64,000 nt of DNA from Polyangia bacterium. GTDB taxonomy: Bacteria > Myxococcota_A > Polyangia > Palsa-1104 > JAEUJZ01. Both the position numbers and the translations under genes were made by a program. The notes beneath the pieces were generated by a model. The model ran no database searches, was not told the origin of the DNA, and saw only the letters and a list, made by a program, of their open reading frames with translations. Location of the stretch: NCBI GenBank assembly GCA_044222245.1, contig JBGANQ010000041.1, forward strand, positions 5,234 through 69,233, read 5' to 3'. This document shows, in pieces, positions 36,301 through 46,600 of the stretch (position 1 is its first letter; every line of letters begins with the position of its first letter).

Positions 36301-38435
36301 CTGCCGATGCGCAGGTGCAGCTGCGCGCGCTGGTCCTGGGGACCCAGCGCGTAGGCGGCCTGCTGGACGCGGTCGTGGAGGAACTTGAAGGCGACTTGCG
36401 CGCCGGTCTCGGCGAGGTTTTCGGTGGCGCCGGCCTCGCCCGGATAGAGAAACTGATAGTCGCCATGGAGGGGCCACAGGAACCCTCCCTCCAGCGCCGG
36501 CCACAAAAGGGCGCCGGTCTCGGCCAGACTCTTTTCCAGGACCGTGGCGAGCGTCTTACAGTCGAAGCGGTGGCCGATGGCCGCCGCCAGGTGCAGGACC
36601 CGCTGGGTCTCGGCGGGCAGCTGCTTGAGCTTCGCGGTCAGGAAGAAGACTACGTTGTCCGTGACCATCCGGTCTTGGATGGCGCCCAGGTCCCACTGCC
36701 AGCGTCCACTTGGCTCGTCAAACGTGAGCAGTCGCTCTGCGTGCAGCGAGGCGACAAACTGACTGACGAAGAACGGGTTGCCGCTGGTCTTTTTGTGCAC
36801 CACCGCGGCCAGCGGTGCGAGCTGCTCCTCGGACTGGCTGAGCATATCGGCCAGCATCGCGTTCACGCTGCCCACCTCCAGGGGTGCCAGCCTGATCTCG
36901 TGCAGGACGAGGTCGGTCTTTTTCAGGACATCCAGGGCCAGGGCCAGCAGGTGCGCCGAGTCGACCTCGTTGTCGCGATAGGCGCCGATGACCAAAAGGT
37001 GGGCGCGCTCGGGATCGGTCAGCACCGCCTCCAGCACCTTGAGCGAGGCGGAGTCGATCCACTGCAGATCGTCGAGGAATATCACCAGCGGGTGCTGCGC
37101 GGTGGCCAGCGCGCGCACAAAGTTCTGCAGCACCAGGCGGAAGCGATTCTGCGACTCGGTGGGGCCGAGCGTCGGCACGCTCGGCTGGCGGCCGATGATA
37201 AGCTCCAGCTCGGGAATCAGGTCTGTCAGCAGCTCGCCATTGGGGGCGACTGCGGCTTCCAGCTTGACCTTCCACGCCGCCAGCGTCTCCGCCTTCTCGG
37301 CCAGGATCAGGCGGACGAGCTCGCGGAAGGCCTGGACCAGGGAGTCATAGGGAATGTTCCGGTTGTACTGATCAAACTTGCCGCCGATGAAGTAGCCGCC
37401 GCGGATGGCGATGGGCTTGCTTATTTCATGGACCAGGACGGACTTTCCCACGCCCGAGTAGCCGGACACCAGGACCAGCTCGCAGGCGCCGCGGCCGACG
37501 CGCTCAAACGCCGCCATCAGGGTCTCGGTCTCGGCTTCGCGACCATACAGCCGCTGCGAGGCGCGCAGCTGCCCATCATGGTCACTGCGGGCGAGCGGGA
37601 AGACCCGCGCCGGCTGACCGCTGGCCGCCTGCTGCAGGCACTCATCGATGTCGGCCTTCAGGCCGCGGGCCGTCTGATAGCGGTCCTCCGGAGCCTTGGC
37701 GAGCAGCTTGAGCAGGATCGTGCTGACCGACTCGGGAAGCTCGGCGAGAAGCTCATGCGGGGGGGCAGGACGACGGGCCAGGTGGCTGTGCACCAGCTCG
37801 ATCGGATCGGCCGACTGGAAGGGCACCGCGCCGGTGATCAGCTCATAGAGGGTAATGCCCAGCGAGTATAGATCGGTGCGCGAGTCGACGACGCGATTCA
37901 TGCGCCCGGTCTGCTCGGGCGACATGTAGGCCAGGCGCTCGGGATCGAGACCAACCTCCCCGGCGCTGGCGGCTTCGACGCCCAGTCGCGAGGCGGCGCG
38001 GAAGTCGATGAGGTGAACCCGCTGACCCGAGCCATCGCTGAAGATGCTGGCCGGGCGGACTCCCTGGTGGATGATCCGGCGCTGATGGAGCTTGGCCAGG
38101 ATTCCCGCGACCGCCGAGCCGATGCGCAGCGCCTGCGCCCAGCCGAGCCTCTGACGGGCGATGAGCTGCGAGAGCGGCTGTCCAGGGATGTCCTCGCAGA
38201 TGAGCGCCAGGCTATCCTCACCATGGCGGACCAGCGCCCGTGCCACCGGGACGCCGGGCAGGCGGAGGCTGCGCAGCAGGCTGTACTCATGCCGCAGCTG
38301 GGCCAGCGCGCGCACGCTCGGGCGCTCCGCCCGAGGCAGCTTGATGATGGCCGAGATCCCATCCTCGCCGTAGACGCCGCGATGATAGAGGTTGTCGGCA
38401 TCGCCATGAAAAGACTCGGAGAACTTGTAGGACAT
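33363..38435 (-). CDS. Degenerate Ser/Thr kinase - AAA ATPase - TPR-like - GAF - coiled coil - STAS multidomain sensor
   Basis: Kinase-like N-terminus (HQGVRPASI, DFR, YMSPEQTGRMN), Walker A GYSGVGKS, LDDLQW, GAF (RLAGILYLENN), STAS (STPLIPI...IDITGI); start 38435 or 38447. Confidence 0.9.
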   Translation of the reverse strand: MSYKFSESFHGDADNLYHRGVYGEDGISAIIKLPRAERPSVRALAQLRHEYSLLRSLRLPGVPVARALVRHGEDSLALICEDIPGQPLSQLIARQRLGWAQALRIGSAVAGILAKLHQRRIIHQGVRPASIFSDGSGQRVHLIDFRAASRLGVEAASAGEVGLDPERLAYMSPEQTGRMNRVVDSRTDLYSLGITLYELITGAVPFQSADPIELVHSHLARRPAPPHELLAELPESVSTILLKLLAKAPEDRYQTARGLKADIDECLQQAASGQPARVFPLARSDHDGQLRASQRLYGREAETETLMAAFERVGRGACELVLVSGYSGVGKSVLVHEISKPIAIRGGYFIGGKFDQYNRNIPYDSLVQAFRELVRLILAEKAETLAAWKVKLEAAVAPNGELLTDLIPELELIIGRQPSVPTLGPTESQNRFRLVLQNFVRALATAQHPLVIFLDDLQWIDSASLKVLEAVLTDPERAHLLVIGAYRDNEVDSAHLLALALDVLKKTDLVLHEIRLAPLEVGSVNAMLADMLSQSEEQLAPLAAVVHKKTSGNPFFVSQFVASLHAERLLTFDEPSGRWQWDLGAIQDRMVTDNVVFFLTAKLKQLPAETQRVLHLAAAIGHRFDCKTLATVLEKSLAETGALLWPALEGGFLWPLHGDYQFLYPGEAGATENLAETGAQVAFKFLHDRVQQAAYALGPQDQRAQLHLRIGRLMLASRLPPGPSDQLLDITKHLNLGVQLMTVESERLELAQLNLQAGRRAKASSAPEAAAAYFGAGLATLAPPDWEHHPDLWFSLASEYAECESLNGRFAQVDTTLGELLSRSRTSVEYAQACSLRMLACGMQGQHGEAMAYGYRALQRLGITLPEDPQEVAAAFAAELAASEKYLGQRRIADLVSEEVVSDPAINLALKLLNLMATAAYLVAPQSYGLIILKQVNVSLQHGNSNTSAYGFVSYGLILISFLGQYEKGRAFGQLALALNDKFNNVLLTGQIHAVYAMSLHFSAPLRQSIDSYGRAYRAGLEVGDFIWLSYSCFSIILLRLNLGDDLQEVAAEVSWFLKMANRTKDATAAPQLLLCRQVIECLQGRTRDRCSLSDASFDEEKFRIEQEESRVAPNVCRYYLNKLQLLYLYGDYDGALAAAAEIDKRADSITGLYEKCSYIFYKGLTLFARAAALPAAERSQHSELLTSYQESLAVWAEQCPANYAHKLALFRAEAAALAGMPEAGPLYEEAIREAVASDFKREQALTWERAAKYYLALGQLESAAARMQSARHAYLRWGATAKVADLDATYAQLLQREPTPPRGVPMAESPAGEPGRAATDSTLDLSTVLRVAQALASQIVLDQVLEQILQAVVTNSGAQRGCLVLERGGTLFIEAMLGPEGAVRTKLALPVETSTELATSVVQYVARTHETVVLADASGRNSFVSDPYIVAQKPRSLLCLALMHQGRLAGILYLENNLAANVFTESRVELLRLLSSHAAVSVQNALLYSELNALTEQLRVKNRELSETNTQLQRELVERARAEQERLQAQQAQAALREEIITAQRVRLAELSTPLIPITDQIMVMPIIGTVDEQRAQQVVEAALAGAQAHRTTTVIIDITGIKHIDTHVARTLMQAASALRLLGTQAVLTGIRSEVAQTLIRLGIDLGSIVTLGTLQSGIAYALNRTAQSSRSQESGAERLSRKLPKKD

Positions 38436-39054
38436 GTGGATGTTCACGGCACCGGGTGTGACCGGTGATTAAAGGGCGCACACGCGACAGTTCACTATAG
38501 ACCGACATTGTATAAAATTTGGGACTTCGTGCGCAGAGAAATTAGCCTCTTCCCAGTCGGCACCTCTCTGTAGACCAGAGTTTGTCCTAGGGGCAGAGTA
38601 GAAGAAGCGATCGCCGACAGAGCTTGCATGTAGGGATTCTGGGCGGTCAGGAAGGGCGCACAGGGACTGAAGTGGCTGCAGTCCCGACTTCGCTTCCGCG
38701 GCTGCGCCTTCACTACAGAGTGTCGCCAGCACGCACCGGCGGGCCCGCGGTCAGGAGAAGACCTTCGCTGATAACGCGCTTGTCACGGCGCGCGCCGCGG
38801 TATCATACAGAGCGCTTTTCTGCTTTTGCTCCGCTGTCTTGGCGCAGAGAGATATTTTTCATCCAGAGTGCCAGTTTAGTGAGTAGTTATGCGACGCGTG
38901 TCTACAAATAAACCGATACTATCCAACGTGGGCCTTCACACACAAAAAGATTGGCAATGTGACGCTTGCACCCTCGACTTTGTCTGTCTTAATTAACTGA
39001 AGCGATCTGGATCACGTTGGTTCATATCGCGCTCTATCGAAAATGGAGTTTTTC

Positions 39055-40134
39055 ATGAAAGTGCAGCTTTTTCTGGCACTGGCATCGGTCTCCTTACTAT
39101 TCACTTCTAGCGCTACGGGGTGTGGGTCGGGGGAGTCGGCTGGGCCGGAGCTGCAGAATATTACGCAAGACAGTCTCGCTGCGGATGCCGAGTCAGATGA
39201 TTCCTTTGGCGGGTCTGTGCGCATTGCCTGGTTCGGCAATACCCCCGACAACAATTATGACAATGCCAGCCTGAACGGAGCCATCGATGGGGCGCGCCGC
39301 GGGCACTCTACGGTCCGTCCGTTCTATTGTCAGTACGACCCGAAGACTCAGCTTGATCAGTGTCTGAGCGCGGTGCGCTCGCGCAGCTTTGACGCGTTTC
39401 TGATCGACGCCAATGACGGGGTCGGGATCATTCCCTGCGTACAGAGCGCCGCCAGCCGCGGAATCTCGGTGGTCGCCGTCGATCTTCCCATCGGCTCGGA
39501 CCCGGCCTCGATTCAGCCCCAGGTGCGCGGGCAGGACGGCGCCGTGCTGACCCCGGCGGCGAAGTTCGGTGACACCTTGGTTACCGTCGTCAGCGACCTG
39601 TGCGGCCGGCTCGGCAAGTGCAACCTGGTCTACCTGGCGGGCTCGCTGGGAATAAACTACGACATCATCGCGATTCAGGGTCTGCAGGGACTCTTGCCGA
39701 CCCACCAGAACATCCAGATTGTCTCCATTCAGGAGGCCCTCTATGACCAGGCTACGGCGCGTACCATCATGCAGGGAATCCTGGCCCAGACCCACGACAT
39801 CCAGGTCGTGATCGCCGGCGGCGACCAGATGGCGCGCGGGGCCGAGGAAGCGCTGGCGGCAGCCGGGCCGCTGCCCAATCCGGTGAAGATCATCGGCGGC
39901 GGCGCCGGTGCCTATGCGGTGGATGCGGTGCGCGCCGGGCGGTGGTATGGAACGTTTGTGACCCTGCCGTTTGATGAGGGGGAGCTGGCGGCGCAGATGG
40001 CCATTCGCGCCGCTCGCAGGCAGCGGCTTAAGGTGCGCGGCATTGATCCGGTGGTAAATCGGAATCTGCCGGCCTTTCTCACCGCGGACAACCTCGCCGC
40101 GTTTGCCCAGTTCACCCCGCAGTGGCCGGGGTGA
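39055..40134 (+). CDS. Sugar-binding periplasmic-type (RbsB-like) lipoprotein
   Basis: Lipobox ATGC, GISVVAVD, AGGDQMARGA, IIGGGAG; no permease or ATPase adjacent. Confidence 0.85.
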   Translation: MKVQLFLALASVSLLFTSSATGCGSGESAGPELQNITQDSLAADAESDDSFGGSVRIAWFGNTPDNNYDNASLNGAIDGARRGHSTVRPFYCQYDPKTQLDQCLSAVRSRSFDAFLIDANDGVGIIPCVQSAASRGISVVAVDLPIGSDPASIQPQVRGQDGAVLTPAAKFGDTLVTVVSDLCGRLGKCNLVYLAGSLGINYDIIAIQGLQGLLPTHQNIQIVSIQEALYDQATARTIMQGILAQTHDIQVVIAGGDQMARGAEEALAAAGPLPNPVKIIGGGAGAYAVDAVRAGRWYGTFVTLPFDEGELAAQMAIRAARRQRLKVRGIDPVVNRNLPAFLTADNLAAFAQFTPQWPG

Positions 40135-40158
40135 ACCAACCGCTAGCGCGGTATAAAT

Positions 40159-40182
40159 AAGAGCTCGTAGGCGAGCTCTTTA
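40159..40182 (+). terminator. Candidate intrinsic terminator hairpin after the binding-protein gene
   Basis: AAGAGCTCG-TAGG-CGAGCTCTT stem-loop with short T tail. Confidence 0.5.
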
Positions 40183-40487
40183 ACTCTGAGGCGCTGCGAG
40201 CTCATCGTGCGCCATCGTTTGCGCCTATCGCTGGTCGCGGTGACCCCAAGATGGCCTATCTTGGGGTCCTTGCGCAGGCGCTAATAATAGCCGCCCGCAG
40301 CGGCTGGCTCAGGTTCCGGCTGAGCCGATAAAAAACCGATAGTGAGCTAATCGGCGCCGCCGGGTCTGCGCCCTATTGCTTACTGTTGTAAGGGAGGGCT
40401 TCTATCCAAAGGAGCGCGCAGCATCAATCTGCGGCGCGCCGCCGGCTCCCCCCGAATGAGGCAGTATTCGTATTTGACAAGTTTTCA

Positions 40488-40956
40488 ATGCCAAAGAGGA
40501 AGCATACGGATATGAAATTCGAAAGATCATCCCAGCTCAATTCACAAGCCGTGAGCACCTATCAGCAGCAGGGCTTCCTGATGCTGCCAGAGTACTTTTC
40601 TCAAGACGAGGTCCTGGCTCTCAAGTCGTGCCTGCCGCACATCTTGTCGGCGAAGACCGAGCGGACCATCTTTGAGCCCGACGGGCACACCGTGCGCTCG
40701 GTGTACGCGGTGCATAAGGACTGTGAGCTGGTGGCCCGCCTGTCTCGCCACCCGCTGCTGGTCAACGCCGCCCGCCAGCTGCTCGGCGGCGAGGTGTATC
40801 TGTATCAGAGTAAGCTGAACCTGAAGCCGGCGTTTGCCGGAACCGCCTGGGACTGGCACCAGGACTACACCTACTGGCACAACGAGGACGCGATGCCGGC
40901 CCCGCTGGCGGTCAACATCGCCGTGTTTCTCGACGACGTCAGCGAGTTCAACGGAC
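40488..40956 (+). pseudogene. 5' half of an Fe(II)/2-oxoglutarate dioxygenase (PhyH/EctD family, proline 4-hydroxylase-like), interrupted
   Basis: QGFLML, YQSKLNLK, WHQDY (HxD), FLDDVSEFNG then similarity stops abruptly; continues at 47734. Confidence 0.9.
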
Positions 40957-41049
40957 GGCAAGCTCCTTTACGACAGCTCGCCGGCAAACACCTACACCTT
41001 TGGGCTGGTCACATCTGCTAACTCCAGCGGGAGCCTTGGCCGTGAGCCG

Positions 41050-41075
41050 ACCGGAGGTGTCTACCGGAGGTGTCT
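41050..41075 (+). repeat. Tandem duplication of 13 bp (ACCGGAGGTGTCT x2)
   Basis: Read directly. Confidence 0.85.
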
Positions 41076-41136
41076 TTGCGGGGCGGCTTGCTCCCCGATG
41101 GAAACATCGCAGGGTAGGGGGGGGCTCGCGGCGCGG

Positions 41137-41730
41137 CTATTTTGACTTGTACCCACTTGGAAGCGCTCGCTCAAGACGACTTTGCAGGTTGAGCTCACTA
41201 GCAAGGATAGACTCCAACGCACTCCCTTCGCGATCCGCAGTCCAGGGAAATCCCATCGCTGTGGTGATGCAGATCGGCTGCTGTTCGGCTCCCGCGATCT
41301 CGACCTCAGCCCAGTAGCCTGGGTTTTCAGCTTCGGACTCGGGCTTCCCCTCAGCGGTGGACCGGATGGTCATGGAGAGGCGGTTGGGCTTTACGATCTG
41401 CCCGGCACGATAACGGACCACGATGCCCCTGGGATCGTCGCGACTTATTTCGACTCGCCACTTGGGGCCCCTGAAGTATCTGTGCAGAACCCAGAGGCCC
41501 AGTCCGACTAGAGGCAGAATTTTGCCAAATATGAAAGATACCTGACTTTCTTCATTAGGTCCGCCGGCAGCGAATGGAGTATCACTGAAGATGAGGAACA
41601 AGCAGAGGCACAGCATCCCCGTGGCGAACAGCGACAGCAGAGACGAGACACTAAACGTCCAGAACCCTTGCGTATAACTGACGACGGTTTTTTGCGCGCT
41701 CTTATGAACCTTAAAGCTACTGCTGGGCAT
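41137..41730 (-). CDS. Hypothetical two-TM membrane protein, visibly lower GC than neighbours
   Basis: ORF from MPSSSFK with two hydrophobic segments and a soluble C-terminal domain. Confidence 0.6.
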   Translation of the reverse strand: MPSSSFKVHKSAQKTVVSYTQGFWTFSVSSLLSLFATGMLCLCLFLIFSDTPFAAGGPNEESQVSFIFGKILPLVGLGLWVLHRYFRGPKWRVEISRDDPRGIVVRYRAGQIVKPNRLSMTIRSTAEGKPESEAENPGYWAEVEIAGAEQQPICITTAMGFPWTADREGSALESILASELNLQSRLERALPSGYKSK

Positions 41731-41868
41731 CTTCGCTCCGCTATCACCTGACCGTGATTTTATCACGCCGCAATAAGTCCTGTGGCGACTGCACAACGGG
41801 GCGCTGGCGTGATTGCGCGGTCGTAGGGAGAGCGGGCCGCGAGCGGGCGTGGGCCGGGCGGTGGCAGA

Positions 41869-42789
41869 GTGCGCAACCTGTCAAATTCTGTTAGCCCAGA
41901 TCGCCCGCGACGTGGCATGGTGCGCTCGATGTCGCCCGCCTCGCTCCTTGGCCGCCGCGCCCACCTCCGAATCCTCCGCCTGACCGCGCTCGGCGCCTGC
42001 CTCGCGCTCGACGATGACGCGATCGCCGACGAGGTCCTCCTGCTGCCCATCGCCGAGCTGCCGGCCGGCGCGAAGGTCGGCGACGAGCTCGCGGTGTTCG
42101 TGTACCTCGACTCCGAGCAGCGGCCGATCGCGACCACTCGCAGGCCGCGGCTCGTGCTCGGGGAGGTGGCCTTCCTCAAGGTCACCGCCGTCACGCCGAT
42201 CGGCGCGTTCGTGGACTGGGGCCTTGGCAAGGAGCTGCTCGTGCCGTTCGCCGAGCAGGCCAAGGAGCTGTTCGTCGGCGAGCGCCAGCCCATCGGCCTC
42301 TACCTCGACAGCACTGGCCGGCTCGCCGGGACGATGTTTGTCGGCGCGCTCATCGAGCGCACGCCGCCCGATGACCTCGCGCTCGACGATTGGGTCCAGG
42401 GCGAGGCGTGGCGCAACGACCCCGACATCGGGCTGTTCGTGATCCTCGAGCGCTCGTATGTCGGTCTGATGCCGGCGTCCGAGCCGCACCGCCTCCAGCG
42501 CGGCGAGTCCGCGCGCTTCCGCATCGCGAACATCCTGCCCGACGGCAAGCTCGTGCTATCGCTCCGCCAGCACGCGCACCACGAGCTCGCCGCCGACGCC
42601 GAGCACGTCCTCGCCGTGCTCGGCCGCCCCGGGGCACCGCGCGTCGGCGATCGCTCCGACCCCGACAAGCTGCGCGCGCTGTTTGGCCTCAGCAAGAAGG
42701 CCTTCAAGCGCGCCGTCGGCCGACTACTGAAGGAGCGCGCGGTCGCGCTTGACGATCAGGGCTTCGTGGTCGTCACCAAGGGCGCTTGA
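41869..42789 (+). CDS. CvfB-like S1 RNA-binding domain protein with C-terminal winged helix
   Basis: FVYLDSEQRPIATT, GAFVDWGLGKELLVPFAEQ, FGLSKKAFKRAVGRLLK; true start may be later. Confidence 0.88.
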   Translation: MRNLSNSVSPDRPRRGMVRSMSPASLLGRRAHLRILRLTALGACLALDDDAIADEVLLLPIAELPAGAKVGDELAVFVYLDSEQRPIATTRRPRLVLGEVAFLKVTAVTPIGAFVDWGLGKELLVPFAEQAKELFVGERQPIGLYLDSTGRLAGTMFVGALIERTPPDDLALDDWVQGEAWRNDPDIGLFVILERSYVGLMPASEPHRLQRGESARFRIANILPDGKLVLSLRQHAHHELAADAEHVLAVLGRPGAPRVGDRSDPDKLRALFGLSKKAFKRAVGRLLKERAVALDDQGFVVVTKGA

Positions 42790-43127
42790 GGGGGAAGGCC
42801 AGCCCCAGCTAGCCGCGACCGCGGCGACCGCCGGCGGAGCTTGTCTCTGATAAAGCGACCTTGGGCTCGCCAATTTGCGCGACCTGTGCAGTCGGGTCAT
42901 GTAGTCCGGCCTCGCGGTCCGCTTTCCGCCCGGGCCCGCGCTGTCTTTCGCGGTGACACCTTTGGCGAGCAATCTCCAGCGCTTCGGGATGCTACGGAGC
43001 GCGCGCCGGCCAAAGCGAGCCTGCCTGCTCACTGCCGGTAGAGGCAAACGCTCGAGTCTCCCACGCCCTATGTCCCCCGGTCATGGCAAAATGAACCATA
43101 GAACCACTCTTCGAGGCCTGAATCGCG

Positions 43128-43505
43128 ATGTCTGAATGGCTCGCCCGCCACCTTGCCGGGCTGACCTCGTGTGCCCTCGGGGTAGCGGCGCTAGGCACTT
43201 CTTTGATCTTGCTTCTCTCGGGGCAGCGCGCTTCCTCCCTGCCTCTCCCAGACCATATGACGCTCGCCTCGTGGAGCGAGGCCGTGACGCAAGGCCTGCA
43301 ACAAGTGGGACCCGCTCCCATTGTCCTGTTTCTGCTCAGCTTGATCGCCGCCGTCATCGCCCGCGCCCGCGGCGAAGGGTCGCGGTGGCTGTGGGCGGTT
43401 GGAATCGCCAGCGGGGCCTGCGCCCTGGTGGTCCCGGTGGTCTTGGCCGCCCTCGCCCTGCTCTTTATCGTCGCCGTCATCGTGGCGGTAATCACCGGGG
43501 GCTGA
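43128..43505 (+). CDS. Small hypothetical membrane protein (3-4 TM)
   Basis: 125-aa strongly hydrophobic ORF. Confidence 0.55.
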   Translation: MSEWLARHLAGLTSCALGVAALGTSLILLLSGQRASSLPLPDHMTLASWSEAVTQGLQQVGPAPIVLFLLSLIAAVIARARGEGSRWLWAVGIASGACALVVPVVLAALALLFIVAVIVAVITGG

Positions 43506-43660
43506 TGTTGCAGCGCGTGGAGGATGCTACGGTGCTCCTGCCGGTGTCAGCCAAGACGCAGTTGATGCCCCCGCGGCTGCTGAGGGAGCGCTGCGCGCTG
43601 GAGGTTGTCGCCGGTGTGGGTGCACCTCACGCCGCTGCAGCGCGGGCGGATGAGCGCCGC

Positions 43661-46600
43661 ATGACTACGATGCGGACTCGGCCCCGGTGCGCAGTCTTGC
43701 TGGTCTGCCTGGCCCTGGGCTTTGGACTTGCGCTGGTCGGCGGGTGCCATGGCGGCGTTGTTTCAGCCAATGGACCCCTGACCTGCAGCGGACCGCAGCT
43801 TGCGCCGTGCGCGCGGGCGCTGCAAGCGGCCGGGGAGGCGGCTGATGCCACCGCGCTGCGCGAGCGGGCGGCCAAGTATGCCGCGCTCGCCCGCGAGCAC
43901 GACCAGGGCGATCCGTGGGCGCAGCTGTTTGCCGCCCTGCAGCGCCAGCGCAGCACCCTGCCGAGCGATGGGCCAGCGACCGTGATCGTCGCCGAGCTGG
44001 CCGTCGCGCCCCAGGTCTTGGCGGCGGCGGCTCGGGCCAGGGTGGCGGTCGTGGTCCAGGACCTCAAGGAGCCGGCATCCCTCCCGGCCGCCGAGCTTCT
44101 GACCTGGCTGGCCGCGGCCGCGCGCTTCGATCATGTGCTGTGGGTGCGCGGGCAGGCAGCGTGGCAGCTTTTCCCCCTGGACCCGCTGCAGCCTTTCATG
44201 GCGGGCCTTGCCCCGGTGGTGCGCGATGACGCCGCGCTCACCCATCTGACAGAGACGGTGGCGCTGGCGCAGACGCTGCGCGCGGCATTTTCTGCCGCCA
44301 GCGGCTTTCATTACGTCGAAGCCGCGGCCCTGGCCGATCGCCTCGTCGCGCAGGCGGGCCGCGAGGCGACACCCGATGAGCCGGTGCTGCGGGCCCGCTA
44401 CGGGCTGCAGCTGCTCAGGGCGGCCGGGATTGTCCTATCGCGAGCGGGCGCGGGCGACTCCACCCCGGACCTTACTTTTTCCGCTTCCCCGGCCGACACC
44501 CCCTACGGGGATCTGCTCCGGGTGCGCCTGGCCACCAGCAAGGCCCGCACGGACGAGTGGACGGCGCGCCGCACCAACATCTTGCGCGGGATTGCCGCCG
44601 ACCGTCGCGACGACTTCGCCGATCTCATGGCGCCGGCACCGGCCTGCCGCAGCCAGCGCCTGCTGCCCATGGAGTCGGTGCGCGACCTGGCGTTCAGCCA
44701 GCGCCTGGCAGACACCCTGGCCCCAGAGGGGGCGACTCCGGCGGCGGGCCAGCTCCCGCTGAGACAGTGGCAGCAGCGCTATGACACCCTGGTCGAGCTG
44801 GTGTCCGCCACCGGCAGCGCCTGGTCCTACCTGCCCGCCCTGCTGCGTCAGCGCGGTCCCGCTCCGATTTCGCCTTCTCCCCCAGGCCGCACCCAGGCTC
44901 GCGTGACCGAGCTGGCGCTGGCTCACCTGCACGCCAGTCAGGAGCTCCAGCAGGCGGCCCCCGCTCGGTATCAGGTCCTGTCCCAGTTCGAGCTCCTGCT
45001 GTGCGCCGGCCTGCGCGCCGATCCGCCGCTGTTTCGCGAGATGCTCTTTCTCAGCGACGCGAGCGTCAAGTCCCGTCTGGCACCTCCGGCGAGCCCGGCG
45101 GCGGTCCTGGAAGGCGTGCTGTGGGCGGCCCTGGCCGGCCTCGGCTACCCCGATGCGGCGCGGGCGAGCTATTTCAACGGCCTCCACGCGGTGCTGAGCA
45201 GCCGGCTGGGCGGCGATCTGCAGAGCCAGACCGGGTGGGCGGTGGCGGGCCTGTACGCGCTTGATGAGCTGTACCGACGGCTGACTGGAGCGCCATCCCA
45301 GCTGGCGACAGACACCCACCACCTGGTGCGCGCGCTCGCCGACCCGGGGGTGGCGTATCCGGAGCTCGCCGGGCTCGTGCAGGCCGCGGCGCTATATCTG
45401 GGGCTGGTCCTTGACAACGCCTTGGACGCCGCGCTGGTCGGCAATCCCGCCGGATTCCCCAGCCAGCGGCTTGAAGCCTATCAGCTGCTGCAGCGCGCCC
45501 TGCAGACCCTTGGCACAAGTGATGCGGCGGCGGCCGCGAGCAGCGAGGCCCGCGACCTGGCCGCAGTCGCCGATGGCCTCTTTACTGTCCTTGCCGCCGC
45601 TGTGCACAGTAAGCCCGGCTGGGAGCCCCAGTGCAAAGACGAGGCGGCGGCGCAGTCGCCACAGCTGCGCACCGCGCTCGACAAGCTGCGGGCGCTGCGG
45701 CTGCAGCTTATTGGGCCGGCGATTTCTCCGACCACCGCGACCAGCGGACAGCTGCGCACCCGGCTGCTGCTGCAGATCTTGTCGGATCTTCTGGACTACG
45801 GGGCGCGCGATGGTCAGCCGATTCGCTTCGCGACTGCCAGCGATGCCGCGGAGAGGAACGTGCGCGACGGGCTGCGCACCTGGCCGCTCGGCACCGGCGC
45901 GGCGCTGCTGGGTCAGAGCTACCGCCTGCTGCGCGACTATCTGGCGCAGGCCGCGGAGCTGCGCAAGGTGCCGCTCAGCCCGGCCCAGACGCAGGCGCTG
46001 CTGGCGCAGCTCCAGGAGCTCGTCCGGGCGGCGGCGCGGGCCGGCACGGGCTCACAGCTGGTCGCCGCGCTGTCGCAGCTGGACTTCAGCAAGCTGCGCA
46101 GCGACAACCTGGCGCAGGCCGCCGCCGGGCTGGCGCAGGGCCTGTACTTGCACGAGCAGCCGCAGCAGGCCGGCATCCTGCTCCTGACCGCCGCCCTCCT
46201 CGACAGCGGGGACGCTGCGGCGACGCGGGCAGTGCTCGCCGCAGCAGAGCGGCAGGATCGTCCCCTGGTCGCCATGGTGCGGTTCCTCCTGGACAGCCAG
46301 TCTCACCTTCAGGGCCGCGCGCCCGCTCCCTCTGCCTACGCCGCGGCCCTGCGCAGCGATGCCGAGTCGGTCTGCCAGGAGAGCGGAACCGCGCAGGTGT
46401 TGACGCTGCTGCAGGCGGCCAGCGACTTCAGTCACGGCAAGCGCGGGCGCGCCCGCAGCAGCCTGCGCGCCTGGCTGCAGGACGCCGAAGAGCACGGACT
46501 CAGCGTGCCGCGCGTCACCTACCAGTTTGAGGAGAAGGTTGGCACCCTGACCTTCCAGCTGGGCTACTCGCTGTCTTATGGGCTGGGCGTGCTCAACGCC

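Noticed and set aside
41780-41900. Possible integron attC (CACAAC ... GTTAGCC)
   Set aside because: Orientation does not fit the adjacent minus-strand gene, no convincing internal symmetry, and no integrase.
43136-43660. N-terminal extension of the 1461-aa ORF
   Set aside because: It overlaps the hydrophobic 43128-43505 gene and reads as non-coding; the lipoprotein signal begins at ATG 43661.
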